Shown here: positions 22,237 through 35,348 of the stretch, piece after piece | How positions within the stretch are numbered: the first letter of the stretch is position 1 | Layout: each line of letters opens with the position of its first letter | Assembly: GCF_963921235.1 (NCBI RefSeq) | Contig: NC_086109.1 | Location: 31,684,001 to 31,748,000 of the forward strand | DNA from: Mobula hypostoma | Taxonomy: Eukaryota | DNA length: 64,000 bases | Direction of reading: 5' to 3' | The notes under the pieces: generated by a model | What the model was told of the DNA's origin: nothing | What the model saw: only the letters and a program-made list of their open reading frames with translations | Database searches by the model: none | Program-made: the position numbers and the translations under genes

Positions 22237-23917
22237 TAATGTAATCCCAAGCTTATTTGAAGTCTTTTCATAAGTTTCTGAGCGACGTCCAGCCCATTTG
22301 AAAACTGGACTAGGGTTTTTTCTAGTGCAATTCACTCCAATACCAATGTCATATCCTGTCAAAATGTTGCACTCCTAATGATGTTATTGTTGTGCATGGT
22401 TTGTTCTACTGCTTAATGGTGGAAATTAACATTAAAAGTCAAGATTTATGGCCTTTATTATTAGCACAAAATTTAACATAGGATAAGTTGTACTGAAAAT
22501 TGTGCATCATGTGTGATTTAAATAAACTTTGCCAGGGTATTGTCATTTTGTTTAATACAGCAATCACTGCTTCAACCAAATATTGTGTCAATAAAGGTAT
22601 CGGTTCACCCACAGCCTGGTGTGGCATGGCAGTACCTGACTCAACCCACATAACTAATCATAGCCCTCTGGTGTTCTCTTGGTTTATCAGACTTGATTGC
22701 AATATTCCAATACCTCTTACTGATTGTCACACATACCCCCTGTTCCTATTTATGGCTCCTCCATTCAGGTGATGTACCACTGAAACAGTCCACTCTAAAC
22801 CTTCATAATCCGCACCCCCCCCCCCACCTCCTCTTTAACTGCCAAGAGCTAACCACTTACTATGGGTGATTATAAGAATATCATTGCTGGAGTCTGTTCA
22901 GAAAGCTGTTAATCACTAGGGTCAAGTTGTAATATATCTTATTCTCTGCAAATCATCCCATTTTTGACATTTTTCGGTGATTTATGAGCTGGAAATGGTG
23001 CTAAATTTATTACAACGTAAGTGTGAGTCAGCCAATTTCCATGCATTGTAACAATATAGATAAATAAATATACAAAAGGTGTATTAGGAAGCAAAGGTAA
23101 TTCATCCTTAAATGTCACATAATTAAGGATTTATCCACATGATGATTCAGCTTGCTCTGAGATAATCTTATTAATGTTTGCATCATGACCTCTCTCCTAG
23201 GGATGACAAAAGTACATCACATGAAAGATTGGAGGGCAACAACTGCTCTTTTCTGATTTTGCTCATGGAGTCCCTCTTAATCCTTACCAGTTCAAGGTTA
23301 GTAAGTGACTCACTAGTGGAAGAATTGCGCCATCTTTCTAGACCACATGATTTACACATGACAACATTACAAACTCTCTCATGCACTGTGATTGATCCAG
23401 GTGTCACGTTATTAATGATAATATTTTATAGATAATTTTGCAGTTTCTTCAGGTGCATGGTAACCTCTGTTTAATCCTTTGTTTGTATTACAACTATGGT
23501 TAGGGTACTATATTTTTTTCTCCAGACATAAACAGAAAAGTTTGCTAGAAAGCTTTACGAATTCATATTAATTCTCAAAATGGAAATGGGTACAATACCT
23601 AAATAATGCTGTTCTAGGCAATATGATGACTGTTCATTTTTAATCACTCTCGGGCAATTTATTAGCAGCAAGTATGTGTGACTAACATACCAAATGCTCA
23701 CCAAAGTAGTGTGAGGAAGATTTCTTGAGCTAACTGCATTTTTCCCATATTCCCAACAGTAACTCCAAGCCAAATGATTTTAAATCAATGTGAGATCTTT
23801 TGTGGGATTAGTTTGTCGCCAGTAAAACTATTGTGATTAAATGTGTCAGTAAAACATTCAGAAACATGCACTGGATGCACTTCACAAATATTCAACTTGA
23901 CATTTAAAAAAAACAGT

Positions 23918-24050
23918 AAACACCAGACGTTCTGCAGATGCTGGAAATTATGAGTGATACACACAAAATGCTAGATGAACTCTACAAGTTAGGCAGAACC
24001 TATGGAGGAGAATAATCTGTTAATGTTTTGGGACAAGATCCTTCATCAGC
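23918..24050 (-). mobile_element. Short PLE terminal repeat with degenerate hammerhead
   Basis: Same repeat; minus strand CTGATGAAGGATCTTGTCCCAAAACATTAACAG. Confidence 0.8.
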
Positions 24051-25562
24051 CATAGAAGAAGAGTGAGGCCATTTGTGTTGTTGTGTCTGCTCTGCCATTC
24101 CATCATGGCTGATTTATGACTCTCAACCCCGTATCCTTGACACCCTTACAAATCAAGAACCTATAACCTCTTCTTCAATGACTTGGTCTCCAGGCATATG
24201 AATTTCATAGTTTCACCCCCTGGCTAAAGAAATTCCTCCTCATATCTGTTCTAAAGGGATATTCATCTATTCTGAAGCTGTGCCCTTTGGTCCTAGACAT
24301 TTCCACTATAGGAAACAAAGTTCAAAGTAGTATTGGCTGCAACTCACAGAATGTTGCTGTGGTTCACCAGCATCATCGTGATGTTTCCTCTCCACATCCA
24401 CCCTATCTAGGTCTTTCGAAATTCAATAAGTTTCAATGAGATCCCCCCTCATTCTGGGACCCCAGTTGTTTACAATATATATTAATGACTTGGATGAGGG
24501 AATTAAATGCAACATCTCCAAGTTTGCAGATGACACGAAGCTGGGCGGCAGTGTTAGCTGTGAGGAGGATGCTAAGAGGATGCAGGGTGACTTGGATAGG
24601 TTAGGTAAGTGGGCAAATTCATGGCAGATGCAAGTTAATGTGGATAAATGTGAAGTTATCCACTTTGGTGGCAAAAACAGGAAAACAGATTATTATCTGA
24701 ATGGTGGCCAATTAGGAAAAGGGGAGGTGCAACGAGACCTGGGTGTCATTATACACCAGTCATTGAAAGTGGGCATGCAGGTACAGCAGGCGGTGAAAAA
24801 GGCGAATGGTATGCTGGCATTTATAGCAAGAGGATTCGAGTACAGGAGCAGGGAGATACTACTGCAGTTGTACAAGGCCTTGGTGAGACCACACCTGGAG
24901 TATTGTGTGCAGTTTTGATCCCCTAACCTGAGGAAAGACATCCTTGCCATAGAGGGAGTACAAAGAAGGTTCACCAGGTTGATTCCTGGGATGGCAGGAC
25001 TTTTATATGATGAAAGACTGGATCGACTAGGCTTATACTCGTTGGAATTTAGAAGATTGAGGGGGGATCTGATTGAAACGAATAAAATCCTAAAGGGATT
25101 GGACAGGCTAAATGCAGGAAGATTGTTCCCGATGTTGGGGAAGTCCAGAACGAGGGGTTGCAGTTTGAGGATAAAGGGGAAGCCTTTTAGGACCAAGATT
25201 AGGAAAAACTTCTTCACACAGAGAGTGGTGAATCTGTGGAATTCTCTGCCACAGGAAACAGTTGAGGCCAGTTCATTGGCTATATTTAAGAGGGAGTTAG
25301 ATATGGCCCTTGTGGCTAAAGGGATCAGGGGGTATGGAGAGAAGGCAGGTACAGGGTTCTGAGTTGGATGATCAGCCATGATCATACTGAATGGCAGTGC
25401 AGGGTCGAAGGGCTGAATGGCCTACTCCTGCACCTATTTTCTATGTTTCTATGTTTCTATGTTTCAAATTCCAGTGAGTACAGGCTCAGAGCCATCAAAT
25501 ACTCTTCATACGTTAACCTTTTCTTTCCTGGAGTCATTCTGGTGAACCTCCTCTGGACCCAC
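24051..25562 (-). mobile_element. Older CR1 3' fragment (24051-24452 and 25466-25562) split by a young CR1
   Basis: MRGDLIETY at 24423-24452; rejoins as CCCCTCATTCT|AAATTCCAGTGAGTACAGG. Confidence 0.8.
24453..25465 (+). mobile_element. Young CR1 3' fragment, same subfamily as 6724-9870
   Basis: Translation almost identical to the C-half of 6824..8503; one TGG>TGA stop at 24916-24918; (TTTCTATG)n tail. Confidence 0.96.
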
Positions 25563-28234
25563 ACCAGAAAGTGATGATACAGTATTTAAGAACTGCCTAT
25601 AGTGTTGAATGATATGTAGAATGTTGTGCTGCAAATTAGAAAGAGATTGCTAATAACTAATAGAAAGCATTTGGTAACAGAGTCCCAAGTATGGAAGGAA
25701 GAAAGGCTAGTCATAACTAATGTTGACTACCATGAACTGAACGAGGAGAGGCAATACAATTCTTGCTTAATCAAAACTTGCACTTTATTGTCTCTGCAAA
25801 AATATCAACATAACCATGTTGACTCCAGTTCAACAAGTTCAGGCACGAAATCTACTGTTCCCACTGTACCAAAACTCACTCAGACCACTTCTCTAATTTA
25901 TAGCACTAAAATAGGGATCTCACATTGGACAAATGATTCATTCTTCTTCTCCTAGTCCCTAGCATGGAGATATTCCTTGTGATAGGGAGTCTCCAGTGTT
26001 CTCACTGCTTTGCATTCAAATCCCCCCCTTCATGCACTCTTTTCTTATCAGTTCAAATGTGTTTTGATTGAGTTGACTCTGGCCTAATTGGCTAAGGTGT
26101 GTCAGCTTCCTACTGGCTCTGGTCCAAGCTGGCAACATTTTATCCCCCTTCTCGCAAGTGACAACTCGTAATTAATGTCTCTTTGTTCTAATTCAGAGCA
26201 GACCAACAGTTACTAGGTTCAGATTATTCAGGTCAGATAGACTTGCCTATTCATAAACCTGCATGTTCTAGAGTACCAAAGAACACTCACAAATGACTTC
26301 TTATTTGGAAATGATCTCAAGTTCAGCAGAATATCAGGAGCATCATTGTATCCACTTTAAAGTAATTTGATACTTTAAAGTGCTTTGCTTCCTGAGCAAA
26401 ACCAGTTCACAGGAGAGCTCACAAAATGGAGGTTACAGAGCAGCTTTACAAAATGGCAGCCTCCATTCCTTCAAGCACGTGGCAAGAACAAAGGCGAATG
26501 GTTTCTTTATTTCCACGGTCCTTCACTCATTCAAGTTCAATGTTTTCTTCCATATCTTAATTCTGTCATGGCCAACAATAATTTAATTGGTGAAACTGAA
26601 GTAAAAAAAAACCCTGCGCACCTCAGCTTAATACTGGCTCAGTATAAAAATTAATTCCATTTTCACTGATGTGCAATCTGGCATAAGGAGCAGGGCCGAG
26701 ATACAAATTATAATTAATCCTTGTTAGTCACTGGAAAATGTCAGTTATAAGGTAGTGAATGGATATTACTTACCTGCAACATGTGAGTGCTGATTGGCAC
26801 TTTTACTTATAGTTTAGAGATGGCAGTCATGGAATGATTAAAGATCGATGCTGAGTGGACTGATGGAGCTACTTATTTGGTCTTTTGCCTCATCTCTGGA
26901 ATGGCTGCAGTTCCTTTTAGTGCTTTATGCAAGGATAACAATTCCCTCTGTGTGTGCATTATAGAAGGCAACTTGGCAAAGAAAGTTGTTCCCTGTACAA
27001 AGGGAGCATTCTGAACCAATATTTATCAGCGTCTGCCTTAAATACAACATAAAATTAGGGGATGGAATATAAATAGCTTTAAATGGAAGATAAGCATATT
27101 CCCATTAAAAAGCTTACCAAGTTCAGCTAATGTAATAATTCTCTTTGCTCTTGAACAGTTTCTACTCAACATTCTGAGGCAAAATTAAAGTTGTTGTTTT
27201 TGCCAAAGTCACAAGCTGAATGTGTCAGCTACTCTATATAATAACCATCACAAACTCTCTGAAACAAAAGCTACTTCTATTTGTAGTTTTAATTTTCGTA
27301 AGTTTCATTTGGTTTAAGAACATCAGTAAATTGAAAAGTGCTATTAGAAATGAGTCTCATTTTAAAGGTCAAGAAATAAAAGTCTTAAGCAAGTGAATCA
27401 AAATAAACATTAACAGAAAATAGAAAAAAAATGAAACGTCACATCTGGATGTGAAACTTGTGGGCTTGTTTGATCATATTATTAAATACAAGATACAATT
27501 TGTAGGAAAGTGAACATCGTTAGTTACTAAGCTCAGAAAGTATAAAAATGAAAGCATAGTTTGAAGTTTCAGTGACAGCTAATTACATTAATAATTTAGA
27601 AAATAACTCAAATTATGCAAAGCTTGATGCACATTAACGAAATCCTTAAAAAAAAAACAGCTACTGCTATTGAAAGTTCAAATGGTTTGCAATGCATGTT
27701 CATGATGAGATCATGGAAAAATAATCTGAAGGAAAAGAAATGTAAACCAAGCCAATCATTTGCAGTTTATTCATGATAAACTTGCTTGAAGCAGATACAT
27801 CACTAATTGGCAAGCTTTTCCTTCTTCAGAAAATGAGTAATTTCTATAAGTTGTTGCGCACTTGTGAATCACATGCCAGTCACAGATTCAAAGTCATGTT
27901 TAAAATAGTAAAGGAAATAAATACACATCTCATGCTTGAGAGAGGTTAACACTTGGGTGAAATCCTGGCAGAACTGATAATGTTGAGTTAGAAAGGCTCT
28001 TTAGTAGCATCAACCAGAAAAAAAGAAAGCATTTTTACTAAGACAACTTATAGACTGATCTCTTTATCTCTCCTTCCTACTTTAAAGATATTCTTTAAGC
28101 ATATCCCACTGAACAGGTGTCTGGTTATTTATCCCAATATTTCCTTTAATGTTAATTTCTGATTAATAATGTTCCTACAAAGCACTTTAGGATACATCCA
28201 CTACATAATTGAAAGCAATTGTTCTTTTATATTA

Positions 28235-29236
28235 TACTTATTTAGAGATAAGGTGCAGAATAGGACCTTTCATCCTCCAAGCCACGCCACCAGTGTGGGA
28301 GGATCTAAAGATGGCGCCAGAGGTCTTTGCGGGACTGGGCGACTTCTTCCAGTTCATCTGCGAAACAGTTTAATTCTCTTTTCCCTCCTTTACAAGGTAG
28401 CTGGAATCCTGACGGAGTCTGTGATCAACAGCTGCACTCAAACTATGTTCCTCACAGGCAATGGCATCCTTGTTCTCAGAACTCGCCAAACAACCTGTGT
28501 TTTGGGATCTCCAGGAGCGCTGTGGAAGACATGCACCTTCGGGGTACAGCCCAGGGGGCGGCCCGATTCCTCGCCAATGCCGTCGAATGAAGCTTCGTGG
28601 GAGATTGAAACATCGAGGCACCAGGCACATCTGTCGGATGCCTCTGTGCCTCAGTGATCTCCCTCTCCATGGGTGAGAGGAAGTTTGCTGCTGACTTCAA
28701 GTCGGGGGAACTCGAATAAGCGATGCTGCTGACTGCAACGTCGAAACAGCAAGCTGCTGGCCTCCCCTCTCACTGTGGCAGGACCGATACCTCTCTCTCC
28801 CTCGCTAGTGAGGGACAGAGCCTGTGGAGATGGTGAAGTGTTGGGATGGAGTGTAGTTTTTGATGGACTCTAGTTCATGATCTCGGGGGGGGAGGGCACT
28901 TGCTATTTCTTGTATGCTGGATGGTGGGGAGTTGTTGCTTTGCAGAAGCAAGCGGGAGGAGGGGGAGGATTGATATTTTTGCTGCTGTAGACGTTCTCTG
29001 ATATGAAATTGATCCATTGAACCCACCAACATATCTCCAGCCTAATCACAGGACAACTTACAATGACCCATTAACCTACTGACCGTTATGTCTTTTGATT
29101 GTGGATGAATCTGAAGCACCCAAAGGAAGCCCACCAGTTCAGGGAGAGGATGTACAGGTAACATCAGAATTGTACTCCCATCTCCGACGCCCTGAGCTGT
29201 AATATCGTCACGCTAACCACTACACTACCGTGGCGC
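28235..29236 (-). mobile_element. tRNA-derived V-SINE split by a nested insertion
   Basis: Minus-strand head GCGCCACGGTAGTGTAGTGGTTAGCGTGACG, V-domain-like core at 29090-29140, CR1-type tail at 28235-28293. Confidence 0.78.
28294..29021 (+). mobile_element. Non-coding non-autonomous retroelement (AAGATGGCG start)
   Basis: GATCTAAAGATGGCGCC 5' end, TTCTCTGATATGAAATTGATCCATTGAA 3' end, approximate TSD GCCACCAG / CCCACCAA. Confidence 0.7.
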
Positions 29237-29559
29237 TGTATTGTTGTGAAAACTGCACTTCCAGTGTTTTTGCTTTTCATTTCAAGACAGCTTATTAGTA
29301 CAATTATTTCTGCATGCTTAATGCTACCTATAATCTTCAGCTCAGTTTCAAACATTAACTTCACATATTATAAACTCAGATCCAAGAGCTTAGAATATTT
29401 ACAAAGAGAAAACAGAATGAACAGTCAGACACAAAAAAACATGAAGTCCATTATTCAAGCATTATTTAAAGTGTCCCTAACCTGTCATTTAATGGAACCC
29501 TGCATTCATCTCATTTCTTTATTCTCCCCTTTCCCGCACTGATGCCCTCTGTCAGATTC

Positions 29560-29740
29560 TACCACTCTCTTATACACTGGACAATTGTCAGAGGCAAATT
29601 AACCTACATAATCACATGTAGCCTGAGGAGAAAACACACACAGTCACAATGGGAACATGCAAACTCCACGTAGATAGTACAGGATTTAACATGAGCTCCT
29701 GAAACTGTGAAGCAGCAACTCTACAAGCTCTGCATACTGT
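29560..29740 (-). mobile_element. Decayed V-SINE
   Basis: GGGAACATGCAAACTCCAC (reverse V-domain) and tRNA-like head remnant. Confidence 0.6.
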
Positions 29741-30385
29741 TGATCTAACTTATAATATAAATGCACTGACAGCCAAATCCCCAGGCAAACAGGGTCAATT
29801 AGAGTTGTTCGCTGCGCAAAGGGAAATTTCCTAAACAATGTTGATAAATGTATTCCTTCAATATCTTGTAGAATTGGAGGATGAAATATATGGATTTAAA
29901 ATATTATAACAAGTCTACTAATAGAACTTTATAATAATTGCTCCTAGTCCCATATATTCGAAACAAATTTATGAAAAATGTGTTGCTGAACACTGAGAAT
30001 GAATATAATCTAATTTTCTTTTGAAGCATTGCCATTAACTCAAACAAAATTGGAATATAGGAAAGAAAATCCTAGATAAACATTTTCATTAGGTTTAAAT
30101 CCTTCAGTATGGAATCCATGTCACACTTATGAGTAGTTATGGATTTAAGCTTAGTTTAATTTGTTTGCAATACTGCAATGGATAGGACTTTCTGAGTGTC
30201 ATGACAGCAGAGCTGTTAGGATTTTCTGTTTTTAACCTGTAAATCCAGCAGAATATTACAGAAGCTGCTCATACAAAATTAATTGTTGAAATCCAGAACA
30301 GACTGTCAGAGATAACAGGCATCTTCACAAATTTGTACTTTACAATGAGGAAAGCTTGCAGAATTGAAGAACTAATGAGAACTTC

Positions 30386-30790
30386 AGAGGCACATGAGAT
30401 TTTGCAGGTACTGGAAATTTTGCACCACGCACAAGGTGCTGGAGGAACTCAGCAGGTCCAGAGTTGGGGAATAGGGGAATAAGCAATTGATGTCTCAACT
30501 GAGATCCTTCACCTGGACTGGAGAAGAAGGGAGAAGAAACCAGAGTAAGATGCTGGGTGGAGGGGAAGGAGTACAAGCTGACAGATGACAGGTGAGACCA
30601 GGTTGGGGGGAAGGGGGTGGAAGAAAGATAATGTAAGAAGCTGGGAGGTGATAGATGGAAGAGGTAAAGGACTGAAGAGGATAGGAGAGGACAGTTGAAT
30701 GTGGAATAAAGGGAATAAGCCAGGAAAATAGGAGGTGGCCACCTGTTTCAATTCAACTTCCCATTCCCATACCGACATGTTTGTCTGTGA
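30386..30790 (-). mobile_element. PLE terminal repeat plus short inverted GIY-YIG fragment (30733-30790)
   Basis: pLTR homology to 35349-35700; TTCAATTCAACTTCCCATTCCCATACCGACATG matches 33895-33930 in the opposite orientation to the pLTR. Confidence 0.75.
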
Positions 30791-31283
30791 TTCAAGATTG
30801 TTCAATGTCATTTCCTGTACACAAGTATAAGGAGAACAAAATAATTGTTACTCTGAATCTGATGCAGCAAAAACAACACAAACAATAAAGAATACAACAA
30901 TAATAACAAAAGACAATAAATATAAATACATAAGATAGCTTATATGCATAGATTGATTGTATGTCTACAAAGTGATGTTAGGTTGGTCATAAGATGACTG
31001 ATAGGATATAATAAAGTAGTGGTGGAGTTAGTGGGTGGAGATGTTGATCTGTTTTAGTGCTTAGGGAAAGTAACTGTCTTTGACTCTACTGGTCCTGGCC
31101 TGAATGCTGCGTAGCCTCCTCTCTGATGGGAGTGGGACAAACAATTCATGAGCAGAGTATGTGGACTCATTCATGATGCTATTGGCCCTTTGCTGGCAAC
31201 GTTCTGTATATATGTCTTTGATGGCTGGTAGGCAGGTGACGGTGATGCTTTGGGCAGTTTTGACTACCCGTTGTAGAGCCTTC
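30790..31283 (-). mobile_element. Rex1/Babar LINE 3' end
   Basis: Minus strand KALQRVVKTAQSIT..LPAIKDIYTERC; tail GAAATGACATTGAACAATCTTGAATC. Confidence 0.82.
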
Positions 31284-31299
31284 TTTGGCCTTCTTTACT

Positions 31300-33087
31300 G
31301 CTACAATAAAGCTCCCTATTTCCCAGCTGAGTAGCCACTGTCTCCACCAGCAGCAGACGTGAGGACACTGCAGAGACACCCTGTAGGGATGCTGGCTAGC
31401 TACTCAGTGAGTGTGCACACCAGATCACTGGCGTCTTCATGGACGTCTTCTACACTTCACACAACTGGCCCACGTCACTATATTTTCCAAATCAGGCACC
31501 ATTGTCCTTGTGCCAAGGAAGCCTACCTACACTGTCAGAACTAAATGAATAATGCCCGATGGCACTGACAACAATCGTCATGAAGTATTTTAAACGGCTG
31601 GTGATGCAACTCATCAAAATCACCATTCCTGCCACACAGAACACTCATCAGTATGCATACCTACAGAACCTCTGTATGACAGATGCAATAGTATCTGTCA
31701 TGCACCTGGTCCTGACACACCTAGAAAACTAGGACACTCATGTCAAACATCCAGAATGTTTCTGGATTTCAGTTTGGCTTTCAACACTATTGTCCCACAG
31801 ACCTTGGCGAACAAACTCCTACTTGTACGAACTGCACTATTGTGCAACCTGGTGCTGGACGTCCTAATGAACAGACCTCGGGTGTTCAGGATGCACACCA
31901 CTCCTCCTTCCTCATCATTTTCAACACAGGACTGTGTGAGGAGCCCGTTGCTGTATAGTCTGCTCACAAGTACCTGAGAAATCACATTGTCAAATTCGCC
32001 CATGACACAACAGGAGTGTGGCTCATGACCATCAATGATGAGACAGCCTACAGAGGGGAACTGGAAGACTCGAGGACTGTTGACAACCAAATAATCTTTT
32101 TCTCAGTGTTAACAAGACCAAAGAGTTGGTGATCGACTTCAGGAGAACTCTCTCCACTCACACCCCTCTTTACATTGGTGGCACAGCTGTGGAAGCTGAG
32201 AGCAGTGTCAAACTCCTGGGAGTGCACATCTCGCACAAGCTCTCACCGTCCCAGAGCACATTCTGCATGATCAGGAAAGCTCGCCAATACCTTTGCTTTC
32301 TGAGGAAGCTGAAGAGAGTTGGACTATGCACATTAGGGTTGCCAGCTGTCCCGTATTAGCCGGGACATCCCGTATATTGGGCTTAATTGGTTTGTCCCAT
32401 ATGGGACCGCCCTTGTCCCGTATTCCCCCCCTAAGGTAGAGCGTTCCTATGAAACCGTTCGTAAGCTGAAATGGTGTAAAGTGAAGCAGCAATTATTATT
32501 AATTTATATGGGAAAATTTTTTGAGCGTTCCCAGACCCAAAAAATAACCTACCAAATCATATCAAATAACACATAAAACCTAAAATAACACTAACATATA
32601 GTAAAAGCAGGAATGATATGATAATTACACAGGCTATATAAAGTTGAAATAATGTATGTACAGTGTAGTTTCATTTAACAGAATCGGGAAGATTGAGCCA
32701 AAACCGATTTGTAGAAAAAAATCAGCATGTACACACATGAGCACGTCACGTATGTGCACATCACGCATGCGCACACAGGTGCCAGCGCAAGGCTTCATGT
32801 TCATGGTAGTCTTTCTCGTGCTAAGCACAAGTGTCCCGTATTTGACTGCTACTTTTGCCCCTTATTTGGGAGTGAGAAAGTCGGCAACTCTTTGTTGCAT
32901 TGTACATCAATACTCGTGACCTTCTGCAGGTGCACAGTAGAGAGCATCCTAACATGCTATATCATTACATGGTATGGAAACTGCACTGCGGCAGACAGGA
33001 AGGCTTTGCAAAGGGTAGGCAAAACTGCCTAGTGCATTACTGGCATAACCCTACATGCTATCAAGGACCTTTATATAGAAAGGTGTT
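31300..33087 (+). mobile_element. Rex1/Babar LINE RT fragment, split by a DNA transposon
   Basis: MFLDFSLAFNTIVP, SPLLYSLLT, KFAHDTT, VIDFRR..KLLGVHIS, ESILTCYIITWYGNCT. Confidence 0.9.
32334..32892. mobile_element. Non-autonomous hAT-like DNA transposon
   Basis: Terminal inverted repeats TAGGGTTGCCAGCT / AGTCGGCAACTCTT; repeated TGTCCCGTATT subterminal motif; host Rex1 rejoins across it; TSD unclear. Confidence 0.72.
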
Positions 33088-33852
33088 GTGTTTGGGAAAA
33101 AAAAACTGCTGGTCGTAAAGATCACTAAAATCTGCAAGTCTACCTTGCTAGCAAGCAGGACAATGAAGTTGCTGCACAGTTACGGTGTAATGTGTGGAGC
33201 AGGCCTTCCCTCCCCACCGTGGCCTACTACAGCTACTTGGGGAAGCGGGCGTTGGAAGTTGTGTGTGAGGACACAGAGGTGTGATAAGAGCACTGGTATT
33301 TGAGAGAGACTTTAAGCGGATCCCTGCAGGCCCAGTCCCAATGATTCTACTCGCTAATATCCCATCGCTTGGAAATAAACTGAATTACTTGCATCTGCAT
33401 TTGAACCAGTGGGGAATGAGGGACTGTTGCACATTTGTCCTGACAGAAATGTGGCTCCAGGAGAACACTCCAGACTTGGTCATCCACCTTGACGGCCTAA
33501 TCTCCTTTCGAGCACACATAAATGCTGTGATCTCCAGTAAGACCTGCAGAGGAGGTCTGTGTGTCTATGTCAATAGGAACTCACGTGTGAACGCCTTAGT
33601 AGTAACAGCCCACTGCTCACCGCAGAAGGAATTTTTAACAATGAAGGGCAGGTCCTTCTACTTTCCAAGGGAGTTCACTGTCATTGTGATTGGTAATATT
33701 TACATTCCCCCTCCCACGTGTACTATTATTGGAAAAACACTGTGGGAGCTCTAGAGTGTCATCTGTGACCTCGAAGCCAATCACCCCGATGGTTCCTTCA
33801 TTGTTCAATCATGCCAATTTATAAACTATCCTGCCAAAGTTCTGCTAGCATG

Positions 33853-34411
33853 CTCCGTCCGCCACAACAGACAGGATCTCCCGGTTGCCATCCACTTCAA
33901 CTCTGCTTCCCATTCCCATTCAGATATGTCCATACATGGCCTCCTCTACTGCCATGATGAGGCTAAACTCAGGTTGGAGGAGCAACACCTCATATACCCT
34001 CAGGTAGTCTCCAGCCTCTTGGTATGAACATAGAATTCTCCAACTTCCGGTAATTCCCTCCACCTCCCTTCCCCTATCCCTTTTTCACTCTGCCCCCTCC
34101 CCCAGCTGCTTATCATCTCCCTCATGGTTCCACCTGCTTCTACTACCCATTGTGTTTTCCCTTATTCCTTCTTCACCTTTCCTGCCTATCACCTCCTTGC
34201 TTCCCCTCCCGCACCCCTCTATCTTTTCCCTTACTGGTTTTTCACCTGGAACCTACCAGCCTTCTCCTTCCCACCCGCCCCCCACCTTCTTTATAGGGCC
34301 TCTGCCCCTTCCCTCTTCAGTCCTGTTCAGTTCCGGCCCGAAACGTTGACTAATCGTTTCCATGGATGCTGCCCGACCTGCTGAGTTCCTCCAGCGTGTT
34401 GTGAGAGTTGC
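33853..34411 (+). mobile_element. PLE 3' fragment: GIY-YIG C-terminus plus pLTR
   Basis: SVRHNRQDLPVAIHFNSASHSHSDMSIHGLLYCHDEAKLRLEEQHLIY; damaged hammerhead CAGTCCTG..GGCCCGAAACGTTGACT at 34318-34351. Confidence 0.88.
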
Positions 34412-35348
34412 AGAGGAAAGAATATATTAGACCTGGTCTACGTTAAAGTTTATGGAGCCTATAAGGCTGCCTGCCTGCCACCTTCACCTCAGATATTCAG
34501 ACCACATACCCATTTTGCTAATCCCTGTTTACGGACCACTGGTGAAACAAGTCAAACAAGTTGACAGGGTGTTCAGGACCTCAGCTCTGCAGGACCGCTC
34601 TGAAAGCACAGACTAGAGCATATTCAGTGGGTGGCTAGCTACTCTCATCTTGCCAACACTGATGAATATGCAGGATCAGTGACTGGCTGCACAGGAAGAT
34701 GAAATGGGGACATTAGCCTGATTAAACTCTACACTGCCAGTGCACAGCAGAAACCATGGCTGACTGCAGAGTTCCATGCACTGCTCAGGGAACTTCAGCA
34801 AGAGTCACGCCCGTATGTGCTATCTGGAAGACAAAGTGAGAATACGCAGAAAATTCACTGATGCCCTTGTGACACTTTGGACACGTAACACATATGGCCT
34901 GGCATATAAACTATGACAGCTTACAAGTCCACCCTGTGTGTCTACGACATCAACACCTCCCTTCATGACAGGCAGAGCACCTTCTATGCACGATTTGACA
35001 ATGTGAATGATGTGCACCTGGGGAAAACGGCCTCTGCCCCAGGGAATGGACACCCTGTCCAGTTGCAGCAGAGGTGAGGAGGACCCGGACCAGGGTAAGC
35101 CTACCCAAAGCCGTGGGTCAGGCAGTGTACTGGGTCATGGGCTGAGGGATTATGCAGCCCAGCTAAAAGAGGTCTTAGTTGGACATCATTAACATCTCTT
35201 TTCAACGGTCCATTGTCCCTGCAGGCTTCAAAGAAGCCACTATCATTCCGGTGCCCAAGACAGTTACGGTATCTGGCATAAACGACTTTCGCCCAGTGGG
35301 ATTGACTTCAACAATCATGAAATAGCATGAGCAGCTAAAATCCCATCT

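Noticed and set aside
24693..25385. 230-aa minus-strand ORF (and 7212..7493, 7512..7916, 9073..9492)
   Set aside because: Antisense shadow frames of CR1 ORF2.
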